The translations under genes and the position numbers were made by a program. From Chiloscyllium plagiosum (taxonomy: Eukaryota): a DNA stretch of 64,000 nucleotides. Below are positions 47,194 to 61,300 of this stretch, piece after piece. The stretch is taken from positions 27,911,974 through 27,975,973 of the forward strand of contig NC_057718.1 in assembly GCF_004010195.1 (NCBI RefSeq), given 5' to 3'. Each line of letters starts with the position of its first letter. Positions within the stretch are counted from its first letter, which is position 1. Under the pieces are notes generated by a model, which saw nothing but the letters and a program-made list of their open reading frames with translations, was not told the origin of the DNA and made no database searches.

Positions 47194-48639
47194 TGGGGGT
47201 TGTCTTGTTAGCATTACTGATTGTGATGAAAAATTTTGTATAAAGGAAGAACTGGTCCCTTTGTTAAGGGAGATCTCTTGACATGGCTTTGCAAGCATTG
47301 CGAGGAGTGTTTGGGGTTCCTCCAAAGCTTGTACTTGCTTAGTAAATTTTGACTGTTCACAGAAGTTGGCATCAAGTGTGTAAGAATCTCATGAAAAAGA
47401 ACCTAACCTAGGGAAAAGACCTGGCTAATCATCTTGTCTGTGCCCCACGTGATTTTATAAACATTAATAAGGTAACCCCTCAACTTCCTATGCCCCAGTG
47501 AAGAAAGGGTCGTGATCTATTTTTATCTTTTGTGCCCTCTGTTCATGACAACAAGCTGGTCAAACCTTTCTGCACCCTCTTCAATTTAGTAATATCCTTC
47601 CAAGAACAGGGCGACCATAACTGAACACAGTGCTCCAGCAGTGGCCTCATCAACATCCTGTAAAAGCTGAACATACCCCAACTTCTATACTCAAAGGTCA
47701 AAGTAAATGACTACTGTAGCAAGACCATTTCATTGCTGAATGCAAACTCGGTTTGTATTTTAATAGCAGTCATTTGCCATAAAGGAGAAGGAGGAAAAAC
47801 TTGAAATTTCTGCTTGCTAGTACACTGTGGTTAGCTATGAGCAATGTCTGTGCTCATTGGCCAATATGTTTGCTGACGGCTGCAAGATCTATAAATGGCC
47901 CATTCTTGTGTATTGTTGTTTATACTATTTTCATGCTTATTTTCTGTTGCTAGCTCCTGAACAACAAAGCTTTTAAAATTCTGTTCCGCGTGTCATGGTG
48001 TGAATTAAACTTGGAACCTATTAGTTACTAATTTAATATCGTAAACTCTGCAGCTGCCATGAATAGTTACATGACTGCCCCTAAATGGGTGATTGTTCCT
48101 CACTATTTATGTCCTGGCAGGCTATACAACTGGAGAGCAATACAACCAAACTTGTTACTGTTTGTGCTTTATATCCATATGTATGAGCACCCACTGATTA
48201 CTGAGACCAATTAATGCACCCCAGTTAGTTCGATGATTGAGACTTGCTGAATCAGCACAGACAACCAGTTGAACTTGGGGTGTTCTGGATTGTGCACCTC
48301 TCCACTGTGGTATTCTTACGTGGTAAAATTTTTATTATTAGTGTTCAGCATCTAGTGTATTGTACTGCAATCAATGAAGTATATTTCATGTTGTGGCTGC
48401 TATTTTTGTCACATTGAAAAGTAAACCTGGTTACATTTGTACTTGCATTTGCATATTTGATTTCTAGTGTTAACCTGACTATTCAGTAAATTTACAAAGT
48501 CAAATCCTGCTTGTGTCATCTAATCACCTGTTAAAAGATGTCATTACCACCTCTGGAACAGGTGGGAAATGAACCTAGGCTTTCTACCTTCAGGATCGGG
48601 ACGCTATCATTGTGCCACAAGAGCCCATTTACTCCAAGA

Positions 48640-48985
48640 TTTAAGCATGTTATTTTGGCTGGTATTTAAGTGCACAATTAGGTGAGGGCTATTGTGTTTT
48701 TTCACATTGTGACATTAGGCAGCAGTCATGTACGTGTAATTGAGTGGGCATTCAGAATCTCCTGGCATTATTTGAAGAGGAATATGGAGTTCTCCAATAT
48801 TTTTGGTGAGGTCCTTAGCCATTGGTTTCAAAATATTGATCAACTGGGCTTTATTTGATTGCCATTCTTAGGAGCTAGCATTTACATCTTGGCTATTATA
48901 ATTGATTGATCCTCATAAATTGATTGCAGAGTGCTTTGGTTGTCCTGTAGGCCTGATGAGGTGTTATATAAGTCCACTTGTACTT
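48640..48985 (+). mobile_element. Ancient Deu-domain-type SINE remnant (another piece at ~33825-33935)
   Basis: tggcattatttgaagaggaatatggagttctcc and gtgctttgg...ggtgttatataag tail resemble DeuSINE consensus as recalled. Confidence 0.5.
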
Positions 48986-49799
48986 AAGGGACCAGTATTT
49001 CCTTGGTTAGTTTTTTCAAAATACTTTTTTGCTGAACCTTCAGCTAATAACTTTGAAATGTATTGTGGTTTCAAAACTGCAAATTAAACTTCCTGTTGCT
49101 CAACCAGCTGTTGAGATGCTTTACAAATTATTTTTGCATGATCTTTCAGAAATGACGGTGTTCAATCATTGTAGGTAACATGTTATGAACTGTAAAATGC
49201 GAATTTTTAGTTATCAAATTGCTGTTGGGAGGTCTTGTCAGAAAATGTGTTGGGATTAGATTACTCCAGAAATTCAGTTGCCAGAATAGTTTCTTGGGAG
49301 AATTACTTGAAGTAAACCATCTTGTAGTTTTGGAAATGCATGTATTGCATCTTTGTTTGCAGGCTAACTAAATAAAAGCTAGACAAAATGGCAATTAATG
49401 ATGACTTCAGTTCTGACTGTTAAGTTATATGTTAAAATGCCATAAATTTGCATAAATTGACATTTTTGGCTCGTTTTCTTAATTTGCATATTTTTATAAT
49501 TATGGTGTTAACTGTATCTATGCTTTGCCAAAGTGGCGTATCTTGTTCATTGGGCTGTGTTTAGCGGATATAACTATTTTCTCTGCAAGTATTTTTTGTA
49601 AAAATCTAACTGTAGCAATTGACAATACACTTACCTGTTTTGACAGACTTAATGTAAGAAGCTTGGTAATCAGTTTGAGAATCCTTTCCTGGCAATTACA
49701 GATATTCTGGACACCAGTGTTTCCTGTAGCACTTGGTGTAATTTTTAAATGTTGAAATGTTTACACAGAACTGTTTTAGAGGACAAGTTGAATTTAGTA

Positions 49800-51300
49800 G
49801 TCTCATTTTTCTAGGCTAGTAAATTGGTCTACTCAGCCCCATTAGCTTACTCTACCATTTGAGTAAGATGCTTTGCTGACTTGATGGTAGCTTCCATTCC
49901 TACCTACTGCCAATAATCTTAGATTCTTGACTAATAAGTAATTCTGTGTACTGCTGTTACAAAGTATTTAATGCCATTTTCACTGTCTGGAGAAATGTTT
50001 CAAAGATTCATGACCCTTGGGGTAAATTCATCTGCCTTAAAAGGGAGATAGTTTAAAAACAGATGATCTCCTAATTCTAGTCTGACTTAGATTGAGAACT
50101 ATCCTTTTAACATCCACCATAGCAAATTCTTTCAGGATCTTGTGTTTCAATAAGATCTGTTACGGTCCTAACCTCCAAAGCTTAGATGCAGCATGTCCAA
50201 CCTACCCTCATAAGATAAGCAAATCTCTCCCCAACTCAGATACCAGTCATGTTTACCTTCTTTGAACTGAATTTAACATATTTCTATCCTTTAAGGAAAC
50301 TATAACTGGACACAGTGCTCCGGATGTAGCCTTGTCAATACTCAATGTAACTGCAGCAAAACCTCTCTGCTTTTATTTCAAAAGGGATGGCATAAAAATG
50401 ACAATGTTTAATCTCCTTTTGAATGCTTGCTGTAAGTGTATACCAACTTTGTGAGTCATGTACCAGGGCACCCCATGTCACTTTGTACCTCTAGAGTCTG
50501 CATTCTTTCTCTGTTTTAGTAGTGTACAATTCTATTGTCTGTGCCAAAATGTGCAAGTTCATGTTTAGCTACATTATACTCCATCTGGCAAATCTTTGCC
50601 CTTCACTTTACCTTTCCAAATCCCTCGCACAACTTATTCTCCTTCCTACTTTCATATCATCATCAAATTTCCCAAACGTGCTTTCAGCCTATGCATTCAA
50701 ATTATTGGTAAGAATACTAAATATTGAAGGTGCCAATATTTTTGTAGGACAACACTTCTCAAATCCTGCAACCTGAAAATGGCCCATGTTATGTTCAACC
50801 TATTCACTGACCTATTTTGTATTCATACTAATATGATTCCCACTATACGGTTACCCCTTGCTTTACAGAGTAACCTTTGCTTGCATGTTGTTAAATGCCT
50901 TCTGGATACTGAAGTTCAATCCAACCACTGGTTCCCCCTTCATCCATATTATTTATAACTTTCTCGAAGAGCTTTTAAATTAGTCAAACCTGATTTTCCT
51001 CTCTCAAAACCATGTTGACTCTGTCTGATAACATGAATTACATCTTTATTCACAATTATTTCCGGAATTTTATTTGTATCCTCTACAGTAAAGTTGGACA
51101 AAAAGTATCTATTCAATTTACCTGCCATTTCCTCATTTTAATATTAATTCCCCAGACACTCAAAAGGACTAATACTCAATCTTTTTCCTTTTTTGAATAC
51201 CTGTAGAAGCTCTTAGTATCTGTTGCTATATTTCCAGCTAGCTCTCTTTATTATACCGTACTAATCTTTTGGACATTCTTTGTTTATATTCTGTCTTCTG
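49800..51300 (-). mobile_element. Very degraded CR1 LINE
   Basis: Residual motifs aactggacacagtgctcc, atcatcaaattt, aaatgccttctgga. Confidence 0.6.
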
Positions 51301-52369
51301 AATTGCCTGTCATCATTGTCAGATAAAAAGATATTTCAGTTTGGTATTAAACATCCTTTGTTAATAGTACTGTTGTTTGTATGGTTCAGGTACAGTTTAG
51401 TACTGTATACATTTTACAGGTACTAATGTTTCTGGCAGAAGCTGTTAGTATCAGTGCTGTATTCGTAGTTGGTAACTGGGATGTGTTTTGTGGGGACTTA
51501 GCAAATTCTTTTCCTCATATTTTTAATCAGCTGTTCAGATGTGTTATGACACAGCTCTGGAGCAGATGGGACTTAAAATTTGGCTCATTTTGGTTGGATT
51601 GGTGAACATGTAGGATGCGAGTGCAGATGTTCTGACATCTTAATGGTTCAATGTTACTATGGGACAACCTATTCCTGACTCCTATGCCCAGTGTTTTTGT
51701 TTTGATATATGTGCTTCTAGTAGATGGATGTAAAGGTGCATCAAAAATCATGTATGCATTTTCATTTACTGCATCTGGCAGAATCCGTTTGAGCCTGCTG
51801 AGTATAGCTAATGCTTTGTTGCTAGGCAACAGGTTAAGTATGCATATAGCGAAGTTGGAACGAGAAATTGATGATACCATTCGTCATTTTATCACCCTTC
51901 AGGGCCTCCATTCCTGAAGGCCTGAAAATTCAAGCAGCAGAATAAGTGCAGTCTAATGTGGTCGCCTCGTTTCTGAAATACGCTGGGATCTGTGCAGATT
52001 CTACAAGGCAAGTTGTGTTTCAGTCCCATTTCAAGCTGGCTTTTTCACTGCAGGTGAATGCTGATGAATAACATCTGTGATGGCCCCCATCTGCAGTATC
52101 CATCATTAATACCTATTTGAGGTAAGAATAGTCCTAATGTGCCAGTTTTTAAAAACTGGAACAGGAACAAAAATAGGAACTTGAGCTGATGTGGAATATG
52201 AATGCTCATTCTTCTGTTTCAAAATTACCTACAACTTGTGTTAAAACTGCAGTTTCAAACGTTTGTATATCAGCACAGGTAGCAGTTATTACCCATTTAT
52301 TGTTGCCTTGAAAATATAATGGACTGTTACCTTTTTGAATTGCTGCAGTCTAAACTGTTATCGAGTACT

Positions 52370-53980
52370 AGTACTAGAAACAGATCCTTTTGTCCAACTA
52401 GTCCATGCTGACCATGCTCCCAAATTAAACTCCTCCCACATGCTGCGTTTAACCCATTTCCCTCCAAACCTATCCTATTCACGTACTTTTCCAAATGTCT
52501 TTTAAATGTAACTATCTGTGTCCATCACCTCAGCAGTTCATTCCACACACAAATCACTCTGTTTAAAACAAAAAAAATTACCCCTTAGTCCTTTTGAAGT
52601 CATTTTTCTCTCACCTTAAAAATATGCTCCCACCCTTGGAGAAAGACCCTTTCTATTAATGATTTTTAAATCTCTATAAGGACACCCCTCAACCTCTTAT
52701 GGTCCAGTGAAAGAAGTCCCAATCTATCCAACCTCTCCTTTAACTCAAACCCTCCAGTTCCAACAATGACCTTGTATATCTTTCCAATTTCCAAATTAAT
52801 TATATCCTTCATATAGCAGGGTGACCATAACTGTGCACAATACTCCACAAGAGGCTTTCCCAATATCCTGTACAACCTCAACATGATGTCTCAACTCCTA
52901 CTGAATGGTCTGAGCAATGAAGGCAAGCATGTTCAACTCTGCCTTAACCACCCTGTCTACCTATGATGCAAATTTCAAAGATTAATATACCTGAAACCCT
53001 CAGTCTCTGTGCTACAACACTATCCAGGACCCTATTGTTAATTGTATAAGTCCTACCCATGTTTGTTTTACCAAAATGCAATACCTCACCTTTTATCTAA
53101 ATTAAAGTAATTCTGTCACTCTTCGGCCCATTGACCCAGTTGATTAAGATCTCTTTTGTAATCTTTTAAGAATCTGCTTTACTGTTGACTATAGCACCAA
53201 TTTTGATGTCATCTGCAAATTTATTTACCACACTTCCTCTATTCTTACCTAAATGACAGACAAAAGTGGATCCAGTACTGATCCCTGTGGGACAGCATTT
53301 GTCACAGGCCTCCGATCGGAGAAACAACTCCATCACCACCCTGTCTCCAATCGTCAAACCAATTTTGATTCCAACTGCTAAGCCCACCTTTAATTCCACG
53401 TGATCCAATTTTCCTAATTAGTCTAATCAGAACTGTGTCCAAGGGTTACTGACATCCATGTAAACAAGAACTTATCTTATAAATGTATCTTTGAAACAAG
53501 TTGGCTTTATGCACTGCTTCTGAACGTCAAAAATAATCACCCACGTCGCTGAGAGTGTGATATCAGTATTCAACATGTTTTTTTAGAACTCCTCGATAGC
53601 TCTTAGCCGCTACTATTATTGATGCCAAATTATTTGTAGATTTCAACAACTGAATTCAGATTTTATAAAAATTCATTCAGATGTCAACTTGTCGGGATTG
53701 GCCAGAGTTTATTGCTCACCTCTAATTATAGAGGTATAGAGATATACAGCACGAAAACACACCCTTCGGTCCAACTCATCCATGCTGACTAGATATCCTA
53801 AATAAATCTAGTCCCATTTGCCAGCGTTTGGCCCAAGGCCCTCTAAACCCTTCGTACTCATATACCCATCCAGATGCCTTTTAAAGGTTGCAACCCTCCA
53901 ACCTTGGTATCAACCTTGCAAATCTTTTCTGAACTTTTCCAAGTTTGGCAGCATTCTTCCGACAGCAGGGAGACCAGAGA
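52370..53980 (-). mobile_element. CR1 LINE fragments (52370-53460 and 53730-53980)
   Basis: NKFADDIKIG and KPLVEYCAQLWSP motifs. Confidence 0.88.
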
Positions 53981-54249
53981 TGATGGTGGTGGTGAGTTGT
54001 TGACTTGAACTGTTGCAGCTCATTGGAAGAAGAACATCCACAGTGATGATAAGGAAGTTGACATGATGGGATTTCTGGTTATTTCAGACTGCTGAATCAT
54101 TAATCCAGTATATTACCTGAATGTAACTATGCCCCAAAATTGCGGTTTTTGTATTTTTGAGTGAAAAATCATTTTTCCTGATAAGTGTAAAACTCTTTAC
54201 CAGGAGATGCTTTGGTGAGACCACATCTCTCTAATTGTGTGCCGTTTTG

Positions 54250-54700
54250 GTTTCCTACCTAAGAGACAATGCACTTGCCATGGAATGGAGCTCTCCAGGT
54301 TTATAGTGGGAATGACAGGGCTATCTTAAGAGGAGATGTTGGTTTCATTTGGCCTGTATTCACTAGAGGTTTGAAGGATGGGAAGGGTTCTCATTGCAAC
54401 ATACAAAACTTTTAACTGTTCTGGACTGCTCAGATGCAATGAGGATGTTTTCCTTATCTGGGGATTCTAGAATCAGGGGACACAGTCTCAGGTACAGAGT
54501 AGACATTTGGGACTAAAATTTCTTCAGAGTAGTGAACCTATTGACTGAATTCATTGAAAAAAGTGAATATTTTGCATTTTAAAGGCATCACAGGATATGG
54601 GGAGTAAACAGGAATCTAGCATTGAGGTTGATGATCAGACATGATCTGATTGAATGGTTGAGCAGGCTCATAGGACCAAACAGTTTGCTCTAGTTTCTAT
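54250..54700 (+). mobile_element. Degraded CR1 3' end
   Basis: tggtgagaccacatct...gttttggtttcctacct and tttctatg tail. Confidence 0.7.
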
Positions 54701-54744
54701 GCTTGTTAATCAGTGTACATGCAGTTTGAAAGAGAGAAGACAAA

Positions 54745-56657
54745 ATCAGATGTAATGGTGTTACAGTTAAATAAAGGTAATTACGAGGGCATGAGAGAGG
54801 AACTGACGAAAATCGACTGGAAGCAGAGCCTAACAGGGAAGACAGTAGAGCAAAAATGACAGGAGTTTGTAGGTATAATTGAGGACACTGTACAGAGGTT
54901 CATCCCCAAGAAAAGAAAGATTATCCGGGGAGGGATTAGACAGCCATGGCTGACAAAGAAAGTCAAGAAATGTATCAAAGAGAAGGAGAGATCCTATAAA
55001 GTGGCCAAGAACACTGGGAAATCAGAAGATTGGGAAGGCTACAAAAACAAACAGGATAACAAAGAGAAATAAGGAAGGAGAGGATCAAATATGAAGGTAG
55101 GCTAGCCAGTAATATTAGAAATGACAGTAAAAGTTTCTTTCAATACATAAGAAACAAAGGACAGGCAAAAGTAGACATTGGGCCACTTCAAACTGATGCT
55201 GGAAGGCTAGTGATGGGAGATAAGGAAATGGCTGGAGAACTTAATAAGTACTTTGCGTCAGTCTTCACAGTGGAAGACATGAGTAATATCCCAACAATTA
55301 AAGGGAGCCAGGGGGCTGAGCTGAGTATGGTTGCCATTACAAAANNNNNNNNNNNNNNNNNNNNNNNNNNNNNNNNNNNNNNNNNNNNNNNNNNNNNNNN
55401 NNNNNNNNNNNNNNNNNNNNNNNNNNNNNNNNNNNNNNNNNNNNNNNNNNNNNNNNNNNNNNNNNNNNNNNNNNNNNNNNNNNNNNNNNNNNNNNNNNNN
55501 NNNNNNNNNNNNNNNNNNNNNNNNNNNNNNNNNNNNNNNNNNNNNNNNNNNNNNNNNNNNNNNNNNNNNNNNNNNNNNNNNNNNNNNNNNNNNNNNNNNN
55601 NNNNNNNNNNNNNNNNNNNNNNNNNNNNNNNNNNNNNNNNNNNNNNNNNNNNNNNNNNNNNNNNNNNNNNNNNNNNNNNNNNNNNNNNNNNNNNNNNNNN
55701 NNNNNNNNNNNNNNNNNNNNNNNNNNNNNNNNNNNNNNNNNNNNNNNNNNNNNNNNNNNNNNNNNNNNNNNNNNNNNNNNNNNNNNNNNNNNNNNNNNNN
55801 NNNNNNNNNNNNNNNNNNNNNNNNNNNNNNNNNNNNNNNNNNNNNNNNNNNNAGGAAATGGCTGATGGAATTCAATGTGAGCAAATGTGAGGTCTTGCAC
55901 TTTGGAAAAAAGAATACAAGCATCGACTATCTAACGGTGAGAAAATTCATAAAGCCAAAGTACAAAGGGATTTGGGAGTGCTAGTCAAGGATTCTCTAAA
56001 GGTAAACATGCAGGTTGAGTCCGTGATTAAGAAAGCGAATGCAATGTTGTCATTTATCTCGAGGGTTGGAATATAAAAGCACCGTTGTGCTACTGAGCCT
56101 TTATAAAGCTCTGGTTAGGCCCCATTTGGATTACTGTGTCCAGTTTTGGTCCCCACACCTCAGAAGGGACATACTGGCACTGGAGCGTGTCCAGCGGAGA
56201 TTCACACGGATGATCCTCGGAATGGCAGGTCTAACATATGAGGAACTACTGAGGATCCTGGGATTGTATTCATTGGAGTTTAGAAGGTTAAGGGGAGATC
56301 TAACAGAAACTTACAAGCTAATACATGGCTTGGAAAGGGTGGACGCGAGGAGACTAGGACCCGTGGGCACAGCCTTAGAATTAGAGGGGGTAAATTCAGA
56401 ACAGAAATGTGGAGACATTTCTTCAGCCAGAGAGTGGTGGGCCTGTGCAATTCATTGCCGTGGAGGGCAGTGGAGGCCGGGACGCTAAATGGCTTCAAGG
56501 CCATGATTGATAAATTCTTGATGTCACAAGGAATTAAGGGCTACAGGGAGAATGCTGGTAAGTGGAGTTGAAATGCCCATCAGTCGTGATTAAATGGCAG
56601 AGTGGACTCGATGGGCTGAATGGCCTTACTTCCACTCCTATGTCTTATGGTCTTATG
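54745..56657 (+). mobile_element. Young CR1 LINE (same subfamily as 41341-42596), spanning a gap
   Basis: ELNKYFASVFT, WLMEFNVSKCEVLHFG and RPHLDYCVQFWSP; tail tatggtcttatg. Confidence 0.95.
55345..55852. other. Assembly gap (508 N)
   Basis: Run of n. Confidence 1.
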
Positions 56658-57984
56658 ACACAGCTCATCTTGCTGGCAGATAGGCTACTGTTTAGTCCAT
56701 TTTGAAATTACGGGGATGGGTCACAAGTTGCACCATGGTTTATACATGTGGTTTCAGAAAAGGGCCTCGATTTGATACTTTGCTGTGGTAGATCCTCCGC
56801 ATTGCTCGGCAGCAGCTGACATTGCATGCAGATATGCATTGTGTGTAGCTGCTGGTGGAAATGTGACAATTTTGAGCTCTTCTCTACACCAGACATCCTC
56901 AGTGGGGATATGCAGTAGAAGATTTCAAGGATCCTGCCAAAAGTTACTGTGAAATGTACAGAAGGAAGAGATTGTCTGGAACATAGACCAATCAGATTTT
57001 GGTATTTGTGCAAAGAGCTAAGATGCCTTGCTAATGAAAGATGTTATGGTTATAATCCTTAAGCAAATCTGAACAGGAGTCTCTGTATACATGCAGGTTT
57101 TGGTTTTGGTTTAAATGTTCGAAAAAAACACCATGGACATTTGGGGTGGAGGCCAAAAAGGTAAGCTGAGCATCAGTTCCTTGGAATTTAGAATGTTAAG
57201 GAACTATTTGAAGTTTAAGGCATTAATGAGAATAGGACAAGAAAAAACAGTTCTATTTGTGCTCATTGGGGAGTGGCGAACTATAAAGCATGGTTAATAC
57301 TAGACACTACGTTCAGATGACTCCTAATTTCACTCAGAATAGTGGAAGCTTGGAATTATTGGAAACTGCTTAATTCTTGATTAATTATTTCAAATCTGAG
57401 ATTTATTTTGTTAACCTAACGTTGAAGAATGTGAGACTAATGTGAGTTAAGGGCCCATGATCTAATTAAATGGCTGAACAGATTGTAAAGAGTAAAATGG
57501 CCTTTACCTCTTGTAGTATGCGTGAGAGTCTTGAGCAGTAGTGAGAAGTAGTGATTTGAAGCCTTATTTTCTGTTTATCAATGATATGTGGTGTACATCA
57601 CAGCACAATTCCTTGTATTTTTGCACTTTTTTTCGTTTTGCCACAGTACTTTATTCCAAACACCTACCCGGTGACATGAAGTGTCAGTCTACTGTGCCTA
57701 TGGAAATTGGAATTGTGTTCAGCACCTTATTTCTATCAACATAAATGCTTTAAAAAAAGTTTGCTTAAGGGAGAAATTAGTTGTAAAGTGCAAGATAACC
57801 ATACAGTGAGGAGAAAAGAGAGATGTCCGTCTTGGAAATTGAAAAACTAGGAGGATAATAGTCAAGTGATGTCAAAATTGCATTTGTGTAACTCATTTCT
57901 ATACTTTTTGTGGGCTCTGTGGATCTTTTATAATTTATGAAGAAAAGTTTTAAAAAATTACTTTTAAGTGTGTCTACAATCAAA

Positions 57985-58180
57985 TTGCCATAGTCCTATT
58001 GGACCGCAGGGCTGTGCTGTCATTCAAGAGAGGTGGCTGGTGTTGATTTAACTTGAAAGTCATCACTCCTAAAGTGAGGGGAAAGCTTAAGGGGAGAATC
58101 CTTCATGGTAACTTCAATTGCTGTGGGAATCTAACCTATGCTATTAATATGTAATGCAAACCAGCCGAGTGAACTAATTT
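57985..58180 (-). mobile_element. Old tRNA-derived SINE
   Basis: Reverse strand shows a ggttagattccc B-box-like motif and gttaccatgaaggattctcc...ggactatggc body. Confidence 0.55.
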
Positions 58181-58506
58181 CAGGGTAACTGAGACTGACA
58201 GCGCTTGGACAGAGTGTAGTGAAGTCTCTGGAAGAAAAATGAAATAACTGGCCAAGATGATTATTTTGGAAATGTTTTTGGGTATAAATCTAAACTGGTA
58301 TGTTATTCATATTAATCCAGGTAACTTGGCTTTGCTTCTCCTTTTTTGCATGGTTAGTAAGCTGGTCAAATGTACACTTGTGTTTCACTGGTGCTGTTGT
58401 AACAGGAGCAAGTGATCAAGGGAATTTTCATGTGATCAAAGTTTGTGTCAATAGTTTCACATATCACTCTTCCATAAAATGGTAGGTAGACTCATTTGGA
58501 GTATAG

Positions 58507-58669
58507 GAGAAAGGGAGAACTGCAGATGCTGGAGATCAGAGTCGAGAGTGTGGTGCTGGAAAAGCAAAGCAGATCAGGCAGCATCTGAGGAGCAGGAGTC
58601 CGAAACATCAATTCTTCTGCTCCTCGGATGCTGCCTGACCTGCTGTGCTTTTCCAGCACTGCACTCTTG
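58507..58669. mobile_element. Fold-back PLE micro-insertion
   Basis: Perfect 14-bp TSD catttggagtatag at 58493-58506 / 58670-58683. Confidence 0.92.
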
Positions 58670-58884
58670 CATTTGGAGTATAGTCAGCCTTCACATTTGC
58701 TCCCTCTCCCCTTCATCCCCCCCCCCCCCCCCCTGCCTTGCATTTCTGTATGAACCATTGACCTCTAGTTCCAATGATCAAACCAACCTAGTGTGGTGTT
58801 TCTTAAAGAGGACTGTAAGGTGTGGATCAAAACTATTTCTAAGTGTGTTCATGTTTCACCTTTTCAATGCATATTTTCAATCAA

Positions 58885-59635
58885 CATAAGAAATTGGAGC
58901 AGAAGGTCATTTGGCCTTTTCAGCCTGCCTAGCCATTCAATATGATAATCACTGATGATCTAAATTGGTACCCTATTCCTACTTTCTCCTTTTTGATCCC
59001 CTTAGCCCTAAGAACTATATCTAACTCTATCTTGAAAACCTTCAATGTTTTGACCTCCATTGCATTCTGTAGCAGGCATTTCCTAGGTTCATCATTCTCT
59101 GGCTGAAGAAATTTCTCCTCCACTCCCAAATAGTCTATCCTGTCCCTGTAATTCCTTGTTCTGGACTGTCTCTTGTCATCAGGACTGTCATGCATGTATT
59201 CTGCATAGTCCTCTCATAGAATTTTAAGTTTCTAAGATCAGCACCCCAGTTTTTCAAATCTTCAGTGAATATAGTCCTATAGTCCTAACCAATCCAATCT
59301 CTCTCCATATGACAGTTCTGTTTTCCCAGGAATCAGTCTAGTAAATCTTCACTGCACTCTCTAGGTAGCTGGAATATCTTTTCTCACATAGAGACCAGAA
59401 TTACCCACAGTACTTCCAGATGTAATCTCATTAAGGCTTTGTGCAATTGCAGGAAGAAATCTCTGCTCTGTCCATGAAACCTTTTACTATGAAGGCTAGT
59501 CCATCATTTGCCACCTTCACTGCCTTTTGCATCTGGGTGCTTTCAGTGATTGGTATGAGGATACCCAGGTCTCCTTGCACCTCCCGTTTCCCAATCTTTC
59601 TAATCATATAATCTGCCTTCCTGCTTTTGCTAGTA
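58885..59635 (-). mobile_element. Degraded CR1 3' fragment
   Basis: cataagaaattggagcagaagg tail; EVKTLKVFKIELDIVL. Confidence 0.8.
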
Positions 59636-59774
59636 ACTGCGCAACTGTTTCATAGTGGTGCTGACTGTGGGACTCACTTCTCAGACTGCTTCACTGTGAG
59701 TTTAAAAAAAATGCAAATTGCTGGAGAAACTCAGGAGGACTGGCAACATCTATGGAGAGAAAGCAAAGTTAACT

Positions 59775-61300
59775 ATTCCATTTCAAAAATATACTTTATT
59801 CATAAGTCTTTATTTACATAATCACTATAGCACTTCGATTCTGTACAATCTTTTCATATGTAGAACAAACAAAACCAAGGCATTTCTTTCTTATGCAAGA
59901 CTATATTTACATATGTCTGAAACACCAGGAGGGCCCAATAACTGAACAGACCCACAGTTAACTTTGGTGGAAAGTCCTTAGCTCGTGATCTTTATCCTTA
60001 GCAGCGGCTGCCCCAATCTTTAGTCCCTCCCACAGCACATAGTCCTGGACCTTGGAATGTGCCAGACTGCAAAACTCATTTGAGGTTAACTCCTTTAACT
60101 GGAAGACCAATAGGTCCTGGACAGACCAAAGAATGTTTTTGACCGAGTTGATATCCTCCAGGCACAGCTGATGTTCCAAGGAACAGACCGTAGAGCACAG
60201 AGTCCTGTGTCATGGATCTGCTCAGGATGAACCTTGACAAGAGCCACTGCATCTCTCCTTTGGACTTTGTTTACAAAGGCACCTTCCAGAATGAGCAGTA
60301 TGACAGTTTATCCTATTAGGTGGCCATCAAGGTGAGGATGGCATTAAAAACATCTCAACCCCCCACCCCCACCCAAAATCCAGAGTTTTGTACATGATGT
60401 CATTGTGGACACGGCCCATCTTAGACCTCCAGATGAAGTGGATGGTCGCTTGGGTGACTCTAACAGTGTGCAGATTCTGGGAATGGGCCAGACCTGCGCC
60501 ATGTACAACGACAACGCAAAAACCTCATACCTCATGACCAGGTTTTTAACACATAATGAAGAGGGAGCGGTGCTTCCAAAAGCCCAGTTTCTGCCTTGTC
60601 TGATTATATACTCCTCCTGCACTTTTGCGCATGCCCCAGCCCCTCTTAACCATATTTCCAGTACCTTCAGGTAACCTGTCCTGATGGTGAAGGAGATAAA
60701 GGATCGATTAACCTAGTTCCTAAAGAACATGGCCTCACTCTTGATTTATCTGGCACCTGAAGTGGTCACAGTTGCGCATGGGTCTGTGCACTGACAGTGG
60801 AACTGAGCAAAAAATGGTGACTTCCTCCATGTATAGGGAGGCTTTGACCTGCAGGACTCCGCTGCCTGGAACAGTTACCGCCCTTGGGCTTGTATCCTTC
60901 CTAAAGGACTGGGGGGGGGAGAGAAAGGGTCTATAATGCACAACAATGCAGGAGAGAGTGGGCAGCCCTGCCTGACTCCTGAGCTGACTGGGAAGCCATC
61001 TGATTCCTTCCCATTGATCGACACTGCATTACCCATGTTGATGGCACTCGGTTGAATGCATTTGTGGACTCCCTCCCCAAAGCCTATTTTGGAAAGCATG
61101 TCCCATGTGTAGGTATGTGATAGCCTGTCAAAGACCATCACCTGGTCCAGGCTGATGAGGCAGGGGTCCACCTCCATGTCCTGCATATAGTCCAGTGACC
61201 CATCAGTATCACATTTACCAACCTGGTACACTGCAGTGCTGTTTTGGGACATTTTACCCACATTGGACTGTGATGCTGTCTATGGAGCACTCTTCTCACA
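59775..61300 (-). mobile_element. Tx1/L1-clade LINE remnant (RT and C-terminus)
   Basis: LISLDQVMVFDRLSH, SGVRQGCPLSPAL and AHSKVQDYVL motifs; aataaa near the 3' end. Confidence 0.85.

Noticed and set aside
55210..55984. Long ORFs of 187-226 aa
   Set aside because: Artefacts of the 508-N gap within a CR1.
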